The notes: generated by a model from the letters alone, not told the origin. DNA of 64,000 bases from Candidatus Aphodoplasma sp. (GCA_045626925.1 JAZUQZ010000026.1:956-64955), one strand, 5' to 3'; positions 48,897 through 58,499 are shown, numbered from the stretch's first letter. Numbers and translations are program-made.

Positions 48897-51143
48897 TTGA
48901 ACAAAAAGGAAAAAATATATGCATACATTTCTCATAACGATTATAAACCGCTTACAATAGATGAATTGTGTGTCGTGCTTGATGTTCCCAAAAGTGATTA
49001 TAATGAATTTAAAAAGCTGATAAATGAGCTTTTAAATGAAGGAAAAATCGTCGCAAACAAAAAGGGAAGGCTTAAAAAGGCCAGTTTTTCCAAAGGTATA
49101 TATGCTACAATTCGTCTTATGCGTTCGGGTAATGCGTTTGCAAAATTATCCGACTTATCGGATGGCGACGGGGAGGAAATATTTATCGAGCGTAAAAATC
49201 TAAATTACGCATTTGATGGAGATACTGTCAGTATAAAGCTTTTAAACACCCCCAAAAACGCAAATCGCAAAAGTCGCGAGGGTATCGTTGATAAAATTGT
49301 GTCGCGCGCAAGCGACGAGCTTGTTGGTACTATAATTGAGAATGATTATACTATGGCTTTTTTGCCGGATAAGCTACAAGGCTACACAGCCCGAGTGTCA
49401 AATGACGGTATAAGCGCAAATATAGGAGAGAAGGTTGTTGCACGCATTATGCGTTATCCTGACGCACAACGCGATATGAAAGTGCGCATAGTTGAAGTGA
49501 TTGGTGAGGGCGAAAGCGTTGCAACATTGACAGAGTGCATAATTCGTGAAGAGAAAATTCCTGTGAAATTTTCAGACGAAACGCTTATTCAAGCAAGTAA
49601 GGCAAACCAAACAGTAAGCGATGAAGAAAAGGTCGGACGCACTGATTATAGAGGCGATAGAGTTATTACAATTGATGGCGAAGATGCACGGGACTTGGAT
49701 GATGCGATATGCGTAAAAAAGCACAGTGACGGTTCGTTCACATTATATGTTCATATTGCGGATGTATCATACTATGTGCGTGAAAATACTGCTATTGATT
49801 TGGATGCATATGAGCGCGCAACAAGTGTATATTTTCCTGACCGTGTAATTCCTATGCTGCCAAAAGAGCTCTCAAACGGCATTTGCAGTCTTAATGAAGG
49901 CGTAGACCGACTTACAATGTCAGTCGAAATGCAAATCGACAAAAACGGCAATATGTATGCCTATAGCCTTTGTGAAGGCTTGATTTGTTCGCGTCATCGC
50001 ATGACATATACCACCGTGAGCGCAATACTTGATGGCGATGATAAACTATCAAAAAAATATAGTGATATTTATGATGATATACACAATATGAAAGAACTTG
50101 CGCTCCTGCTTAAAGCAAGACGACACGAGCGCGGCGCGATAGATTTTAATTTTCCCGAGCCAAAGGTCGTGCTTGACGAAAGTGGAAAAGTGAGTGGCGT
50201 AAAGATATACGAAACGGGTATATCAAATGAAATCATTGAACAATTTATGCTTTTAGCAAATGAAGCTATGGCTAAATATGCCGAAAGCAAGGATTTGCCG
50301 TTTGTGTATCGCGTCCATGAAGTGCCAAGCGAAGAAAAACTTATAACACTTCAAAAGTATCTGTCGATATTTAATATACCATTTGCGTTGCCTGATACAA
50401 ATGCGATAAAGCCGCATGATATACAAGAAATTGTTGCATCTATAAAAGGCAGCACACAAGAAACGGCAATATCGACGCTTTGTCTGCGCTCGATGATGAA
50501 AGCACGCTATAGTCCGGAAAATCTTGGTCATTTTGGCCTTGCGTCGGAGTTTTATTGTCACTTCACTTCGCCGATACGACGCTATCCTGATTTGGCAATA
50601 CATCGTATTTTGCGTGAAAGTATAACAAAAGGCATAAACGAAAAGAGAAGGTCATATCTTGTAAACTTTGTCGATAGAGCATCGCTTCAATCAAGTGATG
50701 CAGAGGTGCGTGCCGTCGATGCAGAACGCGCTGCAGACAAGGTTTGTGAATGTTTTTATATGGAACAATTTGTCGGTGACGAGTTTGATGGTGTTATATC
50801 TTCTGTGACTGATTTCGGACTTTTTGTTGAAGTGAATGGTTGTATTGAGGGATTTGTTTCAATGGCACAACTATGTGACGATTATTATGTGTATGAGGAA
50901 GATTTGTTGCGCATTCGCGGCGAACGCACGGGCAGAGTTTTTTGCCTTGGTGACAAGGTGCGCGTGCGACTTGTTATGTCGAATGCGCGTATGCGCAAAA
51001 TTGATTTTGAGATTGCGGATATGCAGCCCAATAACTTTAAAGCAAAACCGACAAGGGTGTATAGTTTGAAAAATAAAAAGCATAAGGCGAAAAAACAATT
51101 CAAATCGTTTGTAAAGAGTAAATCGAAAAGAAAAAGAAGATAA
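48897..51143 (+). CDS. rnr: Ribonuclease R
   Basis: The RNB domain (ITIDGEDARDLDDAI..., HFGLAS..YCHFTSPIRRYPD), an S1 domain and a basic C-terminal tail are present. The TTG at 48897 follows GGGAGG at 8 nt. The ATG at 48864 has no RBS. Confidence 0.93.
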   Translation: MNKKEKIYAYISHNDYKPLTIDELCVVLDVPKSDYNEFKKLINELLNEGKIVANKKGRLKKASFSKGIYATIRLMRSGNAFAKLSDLSDGDGEEIFIERKNLNYAFDGDTVSIKLLNTPKNANRKSREGIVDKIVSRASDELVGTIIENDYTMAFLPDKLQGYTARVSNDGISANIGEKVVARIMRYPDAQRDMKVRIVEVIGEGESVATLTECIIREEKIPVKFSDETLIQASKANQTVSDEEKVGRTDYRGDRVITIDGEDARDLDDAICVKKHSDGSFTLYVHIADVSYYVRENTAIDLDAYERATSVYFPDRVIPMLPKELSNGICSLNEGVDRLTMSVEMQIDKNGNMYAYSLCEGLICSRHRMTYTTVSAILDGDDKLSKKYSDIYDDIHNMKELALLLKARRHERGAIDFNFPEPKVVLDESGKVSGVKIYETGISNEIIEQFMLLANEAMAKYAESKDLPFVYRVHEVPSEEKLITLQKYLSIFNIPFALPDTNAIKPHDIQEIVASIKGSTQETAISTLCLRSMMKARYSPENLGHFGLASEFYCHFTSPIRRYPDLAIHRILRESITKGINEKRRSYLVNFVDRASLQSSDAEVRAVDAERAADKVCECFYMEQFVGDEFDGVISSVTDFGLFVEVNGCIEGFVSMAQLCDDYYVYEEDLLRIRGERTGRVFCLGDKVRVRLVMSNARMRKIDFEIADMQPNNFKAKPTRVYSLKNKKHKAKKQFKSFVKSKSKRKRR

Positions 51144-51147
51144 TCTT

Positions 51148-51186
51148 AAAAGAGATGATAAAGCATAAACTTGTCATCTCTTTTAA
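51148..51186 (+). terminator. Rho-independent terminator after rnr
   Basis: The stem is AAAAGAGATGA...TCATCTCTTTT. Confidence 0.55.
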
Positions 51187-51245
51187 TTTGCATAAAACAT
51201 ATTTTGTCTACCAATTTCATATAGATTTATCAGGGAGGGATAAAA

Positions 51246-51605
51246 TTGGAGAGAACATATCAAAAATCATATACACACAGAAGCGAAAGAAAAACAAATT
51301 CTCACATAATAGATGAAGACAAACCTATTATTAGCATTAAAAAGCTTATATTTCAGACGATTGGAAGCATTTTGTTTTTTTTAATTATCTATATTTCAAC
51401 CCTTTACAACAATTCTGTTTGCAAAATTATCAATAACGAAATTAAATATGCACTAAATTATACTATTGATTTAGAAAATGTATACTATTCGTCCCAAGAA
51501 GTTATAAAATACCTTGCAGGCAGTATTGAGCAGGGAAGAGTTTATATAGATAATGCTGTTTCAACTGATGGTACAAGTAATATAATACCTGATGAAGTGA
51601 AATAA
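51246..51605 (+). CDS. Hypothetical single-pass membrane protein (119 aa)
   Basis: The TTG start follows a GGGAGGG RBS. There is one TM segment (LIFQTIGSILFFLIIYISTLY). The stop lies 1 nt before the ATG of the M50 protease. Confidence 0.6.
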   Translation: MERTYQKSYTHRSERKTNSHIIDEDKPIISIKKLIFQTIGSILFFLIIYISTLYNNSVCKIINNEIKYALNYTIDLENVYYSSQEVIKYLAGSIEQGRVYIDNAVSTDGTSNIIPDEVK

Positions 51606-51606
51606 T

Positions 51607-52491
51607 ATGATAAAAATCGGAAAGTTTTATATAAATATATTTGTTTTGCCGCTCTTTGTTGTGTCGTTTGTTACAAATTCGCTACAAGAGCTTGTGATAG
51701 CATATTTAACCGTCACATTGCACGAACTTGCACATTTGTTTGTTGCAATTTATTATAAAGTTGGCATAGGTGGCTTTGTAATAATGCCGTTTGGGGTGTC
51801 GATACGACTTCGTGATAATCAAATCGATAATCCAATGCATGAATGTGCAATATGCGCGGCGGGACCTGTGGCAAATTTTTTCCTAATATTGATTTTTTTT
51901 ATTTTTCGTACAAGGATAAACATAAACGATGCCACAATCGATTATTTTATATGTTCAAATGCGGCAATTTTACTTATAAACGCTGTCCCGATTGTACCGC
52001 TTGATGGTGGAAGAGTTTTGCGTGCAGCACTTACATCTCGATATGGTTTTGCGCGTGCAACAAAAACCTCTGATATTATATCGCAGATAAACATTTTGAT
52101 AATAGGACTTTTTGGCATTTGGGTGCTGTATGTAACGCACTTTAATGTATCAATTATGCTTTTGTGTGCGTTTTTAATATTTAATATGAGTGCGGAAAGG
52201 AAAAACAATGAGCTTACACTTATGCGCCAGCTTGTTCACTCAAAACAAAAGCTTGCAAAACGCAAAATTATGCCTGTCAGAGAGCTTGCGGTAATGGATG
52301 ATACTTTGGTACGAAAGTTATTGAAAAACTTTTCATATGACAGCTATTATATAGTAAATGTTATGGATAATAAAATGAGAATTAAAAAAAGTTTTACAGA
52401 AACGCAAATCATAGAAGCGCTCAAATACGATTATAAAAACTCTACTATCAATAATTTGTTTGACAAATTTTCACAAAGTATTGTAAAATAA
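51607..52491 (+). CDS. M50 site-2 protease with C-terminal CBS-like domain (SpoIVFB-like)
   Basis: HExxH (LHELAHL), NAVPIVPLDGGR and a soluble C-terminal region (IMPVRELAVMDDT...YYIVNVMD) are present. The length is similar to B. subtilis SpoIVFB. Confidence 0.75.
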   Translation: MIKIGKFYINIFVLPLFVVSFVTNSLQELVIAYLTVTLHELAHLFVAIYYKVGIGGFVIMPFGVSIRLRDNQIDNPMHECAICAAGPVANFFLILIFFIFRTRININDATIDYFICSNAAILLINAVPIVPLDGGRVLRAALTSRYGFARATKTSDIISQINILIIGLFGIWVLYVTHFNVSIMLLCAFLIFNMSAERKNNELTLMRQLVHSKQKLAKRKIMPVRELAVMDDTLVRKLLKNFSYDSYYIVNVMDNKMRIKKSFTETQIIEALKYDYKNSTINNLFDKFSQSIVK

Positions 52492-52551
52492 CAAGAATTG
52501 TGATAAAATTTAATTGTATATTAAACGATATTATACAAAGGGGAGATAGTA

Positions 52552-53865
52552 TTGGCAAAAATTATACCGTTTAAGGGACTAAGATATGATGAAAAAAAGG
52601 TCGGAGCGCTTGAAAATGTTGTTACACCGCCATATGACATAATTTCGAGTGAACAACAAAAAATGTATTATGAAAAGCACCCAAACAGTGTGATAAGACT
52701 TGAATATGGTTTTCAAAATGAAACCGACACTGATACAGACAATCGTTATACACGAGCTGCAGAATTTATGAATTCGTGGCTGGACGAGGGGGTTTTAAAA
52801 CACGAGGATAAAGACTGTATTTATTTGTATGAGCAAAAGTTTTCCTATCTTGGGACGGAGCTTACATATCGTGGTTTTCTTACTCTTACTCAGATTGAAG
52901 AGTTTTCAAAGGGAATTGTTTTGCCACATGAGGAAACGCTTTCAAAGGCTAAAACAGATAGATTTAATCTTATGAGTACAACACATGCAAATTTTAGCCC
53001 GATATATTGTCTTTATATGGACGAAAAGCAAGAGATTAGAAATATAATGGAGAAAATCACAAAGACGGATGCTGATATAAGCTTTGTGGCAGAGGATAAT
53101 ATAAAGCAAAATGTTTGGATTGTGCGTGATGATGAGATAATAAAGAAAATACAAGACTGTTTTGCTCAAAAGCAACTATTTATTGCTGATGGACATCATA
53201 GATACGAAACTGCATTGAATTTTAGAAATAAACTTCGTGAGGAAAATCCTTCTTGGAACGAAAATGATTTATTCAATTATGTAATGATGATGCTCGTTGA
53301 TATTGACGACCCCGGTTTGGTTGTATTTCCAACACACAGACTTGTTAATAATGTAAAAATTGATGAGGCTATGGTCGTTTCGCTTTTAAAGGATGATTTT
53401 GACATTGACAAAATTATCGTAAGCAAGGACGCAGAAAGTCTGCGTGAGGTTATTTGCAATGATTTAGAAAGCTTCCAGGAAAAAAAAGGCTTTGGGTTAT
53501 ATTTTGGAGGAGATTATTATTATCGTCTGCGCCTTCGCAACGCATCGGCTGTGAGTGAGTATTTGCCTGACAAATCAAGTGCATATCAAAACCTTGATGT
53601 TACAATTTTGCATACGCTTATACTTGATAAAATATATGGCATTGATACAGAGAATCTTGCAAACCAATCAAATTTGACATATACGCGTGACGAGCTTGAG
53701 GCGATTGAGGATGTGCAAAAAGGGTTGCAACAATGTGCATTTATTTTAAATGCGACAAAGGTACATGAAATAAAGGATGTTTCACTTGCTGGAGAAAAAA
53801 TGCCACAGAAGTCAACATATTTTTATCCAAAGCTTGTTACGGGAATTGTTATGAATAAGTTTTAA
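52552..53865 (+). CDS. DUF1015 family protein
   Basis: The N-terminus IIPFKGLRYD......VVTPPYDIIS is characteristic of DUF1015. The TTG start follows an AAGGGGAG RBS. Confidence 0.85.
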   Translation: MAKIIPFKGLRYDEKKVGALENVVTPPYDIISSEQQKMYYEKHPNSVIRLEYGFQNETDTDTDNRYTRAAEFMNSWLDEGVLKHEDKDCIYLYEQKFSYLGTELTYRGFLTLTQIEEFSKGIVLPHEETLSKAKTDRFNLMSTTHANFSPIYCLYMDEKQEIRNIMEKITKTDADISFVAEDNIKQNVWIVRDDEIIKKIQDCFAQKQLFIADGHHRYETALNFRNKLREENPSWNENDLFNYVMMMLVDIDDPGLVVFPTHRLVNNVKIDEAMVVSLLKDDFDIDKIIVSKDAESLREVICNDLESFQEKKGFGLYFGGDYYYRLRLRNASAVSEYLPDKSSAYQNLDVTILHTLILDKIYGIDTENLANQSNLTYTRDELEAIEDVQKGLQQCAFILNATKVHEIKDVSLAGEKMPQKSTYFYPKLVTGIVMNKF

Positions 53866-53866
53866 T

Positions 53867-53909
53867 AAAAAAAGAGATATATGTTTGAACAAATATATAT
53901 CTCTTTTTT
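53867..53909. terminator. Bidirectional terminator (DUF1015 gene / spoVAC)
   Basis: The stem is AAAAAAGAGATATAT...ATATATCTCTTTTTT. Confidence 0.6.
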
Positions 53910-53912
53910 GTG

Positions 53913-54365
53913 CTAATATATAATGCGAAACAACCATAAAAGCAGACCGCATATAATAGAAACCGATATGCCGAATACAAGAACGGGCCCGGCTATAACG
54001 AACATTTTTGCCGCCATTCCAAGCACAAAACCCTCGCTTTTAAATTCCATTGCGGGGGAAACGATTGAATTTGCAAAGCCTGTAATTGGTACAATTGTAC
54101 CCGCACCTGCAATTTTTGCAATTTTGTTATAAACATCAAGGCCGGTAAGTAACGCACCGATAAATATGAGTGTAATACTTGTTGCAGTTGCGGCGGCGTC
54201 TTTTGTAAGTGATGCAAAATTTATATATAAATCATTGATTACCTGACCGATTACACAAATAATGCCGCCGAATAAAAACGCGAAACAGACATCCTTGATA
54301 ATTGGAGAATTTGGAGATTTTTTTTCGACATATGTTTTATATTCTTTTTGTGTCATATTTTTCAA
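53913..54365 (-). CDS. spoVAC: Stage V sporulation protein AC
   Basis: The sequence ...FLFGGIICVIGQ...TGFANSIVSPAMEFKSEGFVLG... is typical of SpoVAC. The start is either the TTG at 54365 or the ATG at 54356. Confidence 0.9.
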   Translation of the reverse strand: MKNMTQKEYKTYVEKKSPNSPIIKDVCFAFLFGGIICVIGQVINDLYINFASLTKDAAATATSITLIFIGALLTGLDVYNKIAKIAGAGTIVPITGFANSIVSPAMEFKSEGFVLGMAAKMFVIAGPVLVFGISVSIICGLLLWLFRIIY

Positions 54366-54400
54366 GAGAGTATCATTCCTTTTCTATCGTTTTATAACAA

Positions 54401-54430
54401 TAGTTTGCTGATGTAGACAAATAATATTCA
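54401..54430 (-). promoter_or_regulatory. Forespore sigma-G/F-like promoter upstream of spoVAC (TGAATA-17 nt-CAAACTA)
   Basis: On the minus strand, TGAATA is the reverse complement of 54425-54430 and CAAACTA of 54401-54407. For comparison, the B. subtilis sigma-G consensus is GnATA / CAtnnTA. Confidence 0.35.
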
Positions 54431-54498
54431 TAAATCAGAATAAAAATTATCTAAAACATAATAATAAATACAAACGACATAACTTTTGGAGGTAATAT

Positions 54499-55533
54499 AT
54501 GAAAACAATTGCTTTTTTTGATACAAAGGTATATGACAAACAATATTTTGATATGTATAAAGCGCAATATGACATAGAATTTAAATATTTTGAAAACAAA
54601 TTAAACGAAGATACAGCGACAATGACGGCGGGATGTGATGGCGTCGTGGCATTTGTAAACGATGATATCAATGCAAAAACAATAGAAACACTTTATAAAA
54701 ACAAAATAGGCGTTGTTGCAATGCGTTGTGCCGGATATAACAATGTCAGTTTTAAAAATGCATTTGGAAAAGTGCACATTCTTCGCGTGCCGGCATATTC
54801 TCCTTATGCGGTTGCCGAGCATACAATGGCAATATTTTTATCGTTAAATCGCAAAATACACAAAGCATATGCACGAACGCGCGACTTTAATTTTAGTCTT
54901 GGCGGACTTGTTGGTTTTGATTTGTATGGCAAAACTGCAGGTATAATTGGCACAGGAAAAATCGGTCGGGTTTTTATTGATATATGTCGCGGCTTTGGTA
55001 TAAAGGTAGTAGCATATGACCCGTATCCAATAAAAAACAGCGATATAGATTATGTTTCGCTTGATGAACTTTATGCATCCTCTGACATAATATCACTTCA
55101 TTGTCCGTTAACGGAGACCACACGCCATATTATTAACGAAAAAACAATAGCACTCATGAAAGACGGCGTATATATAATAAACACATCACGCGGTGCCCTT
55201 ATTGATAGCGAGGCATTGCTTGATGCAATTATAAGTGAAAAAATCGGCGGTGCTGCGCTTGATGTTTATGAAGAAGAAACAGATTTGTTTTTCGAGGATA
55301 ATTCGACCGAAATTGTGCATGATGATATTTTGTCACGACTTATCTCTATGCCAAATGTGCTTGTAACCTCACATCAGGCTTTTTTAACAAAAGAAGCACT
55401 TGAAAATATAGCGGTTACAACACTAGATAATTTGAAAGATTATTTTGACGATAAGCCATTACAAAACGAGGTATGTTATAAATGTCAAAAGAATGGTAGT
55501 TGTCAAAAAGACCATAAGGAACGCTGTTTTTAG
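54499..55533 (+). CDS. D-isomer-specific 2-hydroxyacid dehydrogenase (D-lactate dehydrogenase-like)
   Basis: The NAD motif GIIGTGKIGR and the catalytic region (INTSRGALID, TSHQAF) are present. The C-terminal tail is Cys-rich. Confidence 0.88.
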   Translation: MKTIAFFDTKVYDKQYFDMYKAQYDIEFKYFENKLNEDTATMTAGCDGVVAFVNDDINAKTIETLYKNKIGVVAMRCAGYNNVSFKNAFGKVHILRVPAYSPYAVAEHTMAIFLSLNRKIHKAYARTRDFNFSLGGLVGFDLYGKTAGIIGTGKIGRVFIDICRGFGIKVVAYDPYPIKNSDIDYVSLDELYASSDIISLHCPLTETTRHIINEKTIALMKDGVYIINTSRGALIDSEALLDAIISEKIGGAALDVYEEETDLFFEDNSTEIVHDDILSRLISMPNVLVTSHQAFLTKEALENIAVTTLDNLKDYFDDKPLQNEVCYKCQKNGSCQKDHKERCF

Positions 55534-55534
55534 T

Positions 55535-55573
55535 AAAAAAGCATCATATCAAATCGATATGATGCTTTTTTTT
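55535..55573. terminator. Bidirectional terminator (ldh-like gene / secreted glycosidase gene)
   Basis: The stem is AAAAAAGCATCATATC-aaatc-GATATGATGCTTTTTTTT. Confidence 0.65.
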
Positions 55574-55575
55574 GT

Positions 55576-57906
55576 TTAATAAATCGGGACAAAACGATAT
55601 GTGACCGAACCGTTTGTCTTAATATCAACAAGAATGTATAGAAGCTTTTTTTGAAGTGTTGTAAAGCCGAATGTTTTTATATCGTCCGAAAAACCGGGCG
55701 TTTTAATATAGCGCACACCATTTTCGGGCACAACTTTTGTTTCATTTGAGGTAGAAAAAACATATACATTTACTCCGCGCTGGGCAACATCTGTTAAAAT
55801 ATCTTTTAAAAGTTTTGTTTCTTTTGGATTTACAAAGTCGACATCTGTTTGCATAAAAAGAAACAAATTTTTACTATTCGTATTTTCAAGCTCATCTAGT
55901 AGCCATATCCATTCTTTTGAACTCATAAAATTATCTTCTGTGTCGAGAATAATATATTTATTATTTCCTTCTGTAAAGCTTGAGAACGGGTAGCAGGTTT
56001 TTGTTGGTATTGTCATATTTGGTGCGATGTTTTTTGTCGCTTTTGTTGACAAAAAGAATGCTCTGTTTGCACTTTTATTGATTGCTTTTAAAGATTTTTG
56101 CATAACAAGATTATTAAACAATGTGTCGGACTCGCGGATAGCGCCGAATACTGCAAATCGAGTCTGTACATTACTTTCTGTTTTGTCATCTGTTTTATTT
56201 TTTGAATCAAGCGCAGTTTTGTTTTTGGGCAAAGTGATTGGGCTTGCTGATGAACCGATTTGTAGTGATGCATAGCTTACCGCATCGCCATAAGCTATAC
56301 TCATGAGCGCACTGCCGTTTTTATCAGCAACAAGCATATCATTTTCAATATGCGCTATATTGTCAGAAAAGTTTATTTTCATATCAGATAATGGCACATA
56401 TGCACCGTAACCGTTTTCGTCACGCACAAGTGCTTCAAGCTCTGCTTTGTCTTTTATATTAAGCTTTATATTGCTTTTATTTAATTCGATACTATATGGC
56501 GTATCAAGCACCTTGATTTTTATGCTCGCATTTGCTCCACCAGGCATATGCGCAGTTATTGTAGCGGTGCCCGTAGTTGTGGGTATAAATTTGTTTTCTA
56601 CAAAATATCCATCTACACCGGAAACGGAGTAGGAAAGACGGTCAGTGTCAATATTTACCGGGAAATAATATTTGTCAAAGCCTTCTACAAAAAGATTTGT
56701 GTGTGAGTTTACAAATACATTATCGCCATTAGATGTAAGCTTTAAATGATAAAGCGTCGATGGTTTTTTGATTGATGATACAACAGAAAGTGCAGCGGAA
56801 ACCTTTCTTTGTGAGCCACCTGATGGTGTGTTAATAAGCTCTTGCTCGCCACTTTTAAGATTCTTTGTAACAAAAGTAGAAGAACCGCCTCCGTCGAGAT
56901 TTACGGCGTTATAGCTACCAATATAGTGCATAAATGATGCAAGCTCGGCCATGCTCATACCGCTTGTAGATGACGAGCGCCCATCTATAACCACGAAATA
57001 TACGGTTTTTTTATTTTTAGATATACCAAAGGCGGTGCGTGGGTGGACACCACTCACTGTGTGGGAAAAACTTGAAAGTGTTTTTCCGTTTTCAACAAGT
57101 TTTGCCCCTGCGCCTGCTGCAAAATTTAGATCTTCAAAATTAAAGTTTGAGCTTTCTTCAATTTTAACCTTATCACCGATTTTTAAATTATCAAGCAAAA
57201 ATGTATCGTGGTCGGATAATCCGGCAAGCACATACATATTATCCACAAGCTTTATAGGTTCGCTCGAAAAACGAATTTCACTTACTATATTATTTTTTAT
57301 AACAACTTCATATTGCGTTTCGGTAGAACCGAGAGAATATTCGTCATAGTATTTATCATACATCATAACCTTTGACAAATCGCTTAGCTTGTTTTTGCCT
57401 GCGATTTGCATTTGTTCTCCGTTTGGCGCTGTCAAAACAAGTGAATATTCAACTATGTCTGCAAAAACATTGCGATTTTCGTCCTGCATAATTGTATACA
57501 TACCACTATCACTTGCAGGTGAGGAGTACATTTTTTTATCAAAATATAGCGCGCCGACAGGCGAGCCGCGTCCGGACTGACTTCCCCAAGCAAAAAAATC
57601 TGAATTTATAGCAACTGTTGAGTCGACACTCTTTGCCAACTCGGTAACAGTAGAAAGATAACTGCTGCCATTTTTGCTCGGCACAAGATTTAGTGAAAGG
57701 TGTGGATAGTTCAAATCCGCTTCGGCAACATACACCTTGCTCCAATGTCTGTCAGAGAAAAATATCTCATATTCATAAAAAGTTACCCCTTGTGTAAGCT
57801 CTGTCCGTGATTTGTATACATGTTTTATTTCAGCCGCAAATCCGCTTTTAAATGTTATAAGTAATAGCGATGCGATAAAAGATATTATAAGTGTTTTTTT
57901 CTTCAT
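55576..57906 (-). CDS. Secreted multidomain protein: phosphodiester glycosidase (DUF2233/NAGPA-like) + Ig-like region + C-terminal domain of unclear function
   Basis: A signal peptide is present (MKKKTLIISFIASLLLITFKSGFA). DUF2233-like motifs are AINSDFF, HPRTAFGI, VVIDGR and NLDGGGSS. Confidence 0.75.
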   Translation of the reverse strand: MKKKTLIISFIASLLLITFKSGFAAEIKHVYKSRTELTQGVTFYEYEIFFSDRHWSKVYVAEADLNYPHLSLNLVPSKNGSSYLSTVTELAKSVDSTVAINSDFFAWGSQSGRGSPVGALYFDKKMYSSPASDSGMYTIMQDENRNVFADIVEYSLVLTAPNGEQMQIAGKNKLSDLSKVMMYDKYYDEYSLGSTETQYEVVIKNNIVSEIRFSSEPIKLVDNMYVLAGLSDHDTFLLDNLKIGDKVKIEESSNFNFEDLNFAAGAGAKLVENGKTLSSFSHTVSGVHPRTAFGISKNKKTVYFVVIDGRSSSTSGMSMAELASFMHYIGSYNAVNLDGGGSSTFVTKNLKSGEQELINTPSGGSQRKVSAALSVVSSIKKPSTLYHLKLTSNGDNVFVNSHTNLFVEGFDKYYFPVNIDTDRLSYSVSGVDGYFVENKFIPTTTGTATITAHMPGGANASIKIKVLDTPYSIELNKSNIKLNIKDKAELEALVRDENGYGAYVPLSDMKINFSDNIAHIENDMLVADKNGSALMSIAYGDAVSYASLQIGSSASPITLPKNKTALDSKNKTDDKTESNVQTRFAVFGAIRESDTLFNNLVMQKSLKAINKSANRAFFLSTKATKNIAPNMTIPTKTCYPFSSFTEGNNKYIILDTEDNFMSSKEWIWLLDELENTNSKNLFLFMQTDVDFVNPKETKLLKDILTDVAQRGVNVYVFSTSNETKVVPENGVRYIKTPGFSDDIKTFGFTTLQKKLLYILVDIKTNGSVTYRFVPIY

Positions 57907-57950
57907 AGTGATATACCTCGAATTTAAAAATGTGTTCGCTTGTAAGATAA

Positions 57951-58499
57951 TTAGCCAATATCTGTATCATTGATAAGCATACTGACTATTGTGTCATAGA
58001 TTTCAGAGCTTTTTTGTCTGAATTTTTTACACATTTTATTTGCAAGCTCTTCATCCTTTGCGTATATGTCAAGCGAAATAAGCTTTATTTTTTCATCTTG
58101 CAGCTCAAGATGCGCCTCAAATTCCTCAAAATTTACAGGAATAGTTTTCGCAACAATAGCACTGCGCTGTTTTTGCTCTTCAAACATTAAATTGATACAC
58201 TCATCTATATACTCACGAACCTCGAGCGGGAGCTCGTTTGAAAAATTATCAGCGCCGGTTTCGCCGGAAGGGGTGAGAGCATAGAGTGTTTTTTCCTCCA
58301 TACTTTTAAACACATAAATTTCGCCTGCATCATTTAAAAATGAAAGCTCATTATGTATATCAAAAAAGTCAATTATCGCACTTGAAAGTATAATATGAGA
58401 AATTTCATATGCGGTAAGCGCCCGCTGTGCCCGTAAAAGAGTATATAATATAGCAAGCCTTATTTCAAAAGAATCATTTATTTTATAATAATGTTTCAT
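57951..58499 (-). CDS. DUF4364-family putative winged-helix regulator
   Basis: The layout has an N-terminal wHTH-like region (RLAILYTLLRAQRALTAYEISHIIL), then YALTPSGE, then a helical tail. The ATG at 58499 follows a GAGG RBS. It ends 44 nt upstream of the secreted protein gene. Confidence 0.55.
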   Translation of the reverse strand: MKHYYKINDSFEIRLAILYTLLRAQRALTAYEISHIILSSAIIDFFDIHNELSFLNDAGEIYVFKSMEEKTLYALTPSGETGADNFSNELPLEVREYIDECINLMFEEQKQRSAIVAKTIPVNFEEFEAHLELQDEKIKLISLDIYAKDEELANKMCKKFRQKSSEIYDTIVSMLINDTDIG

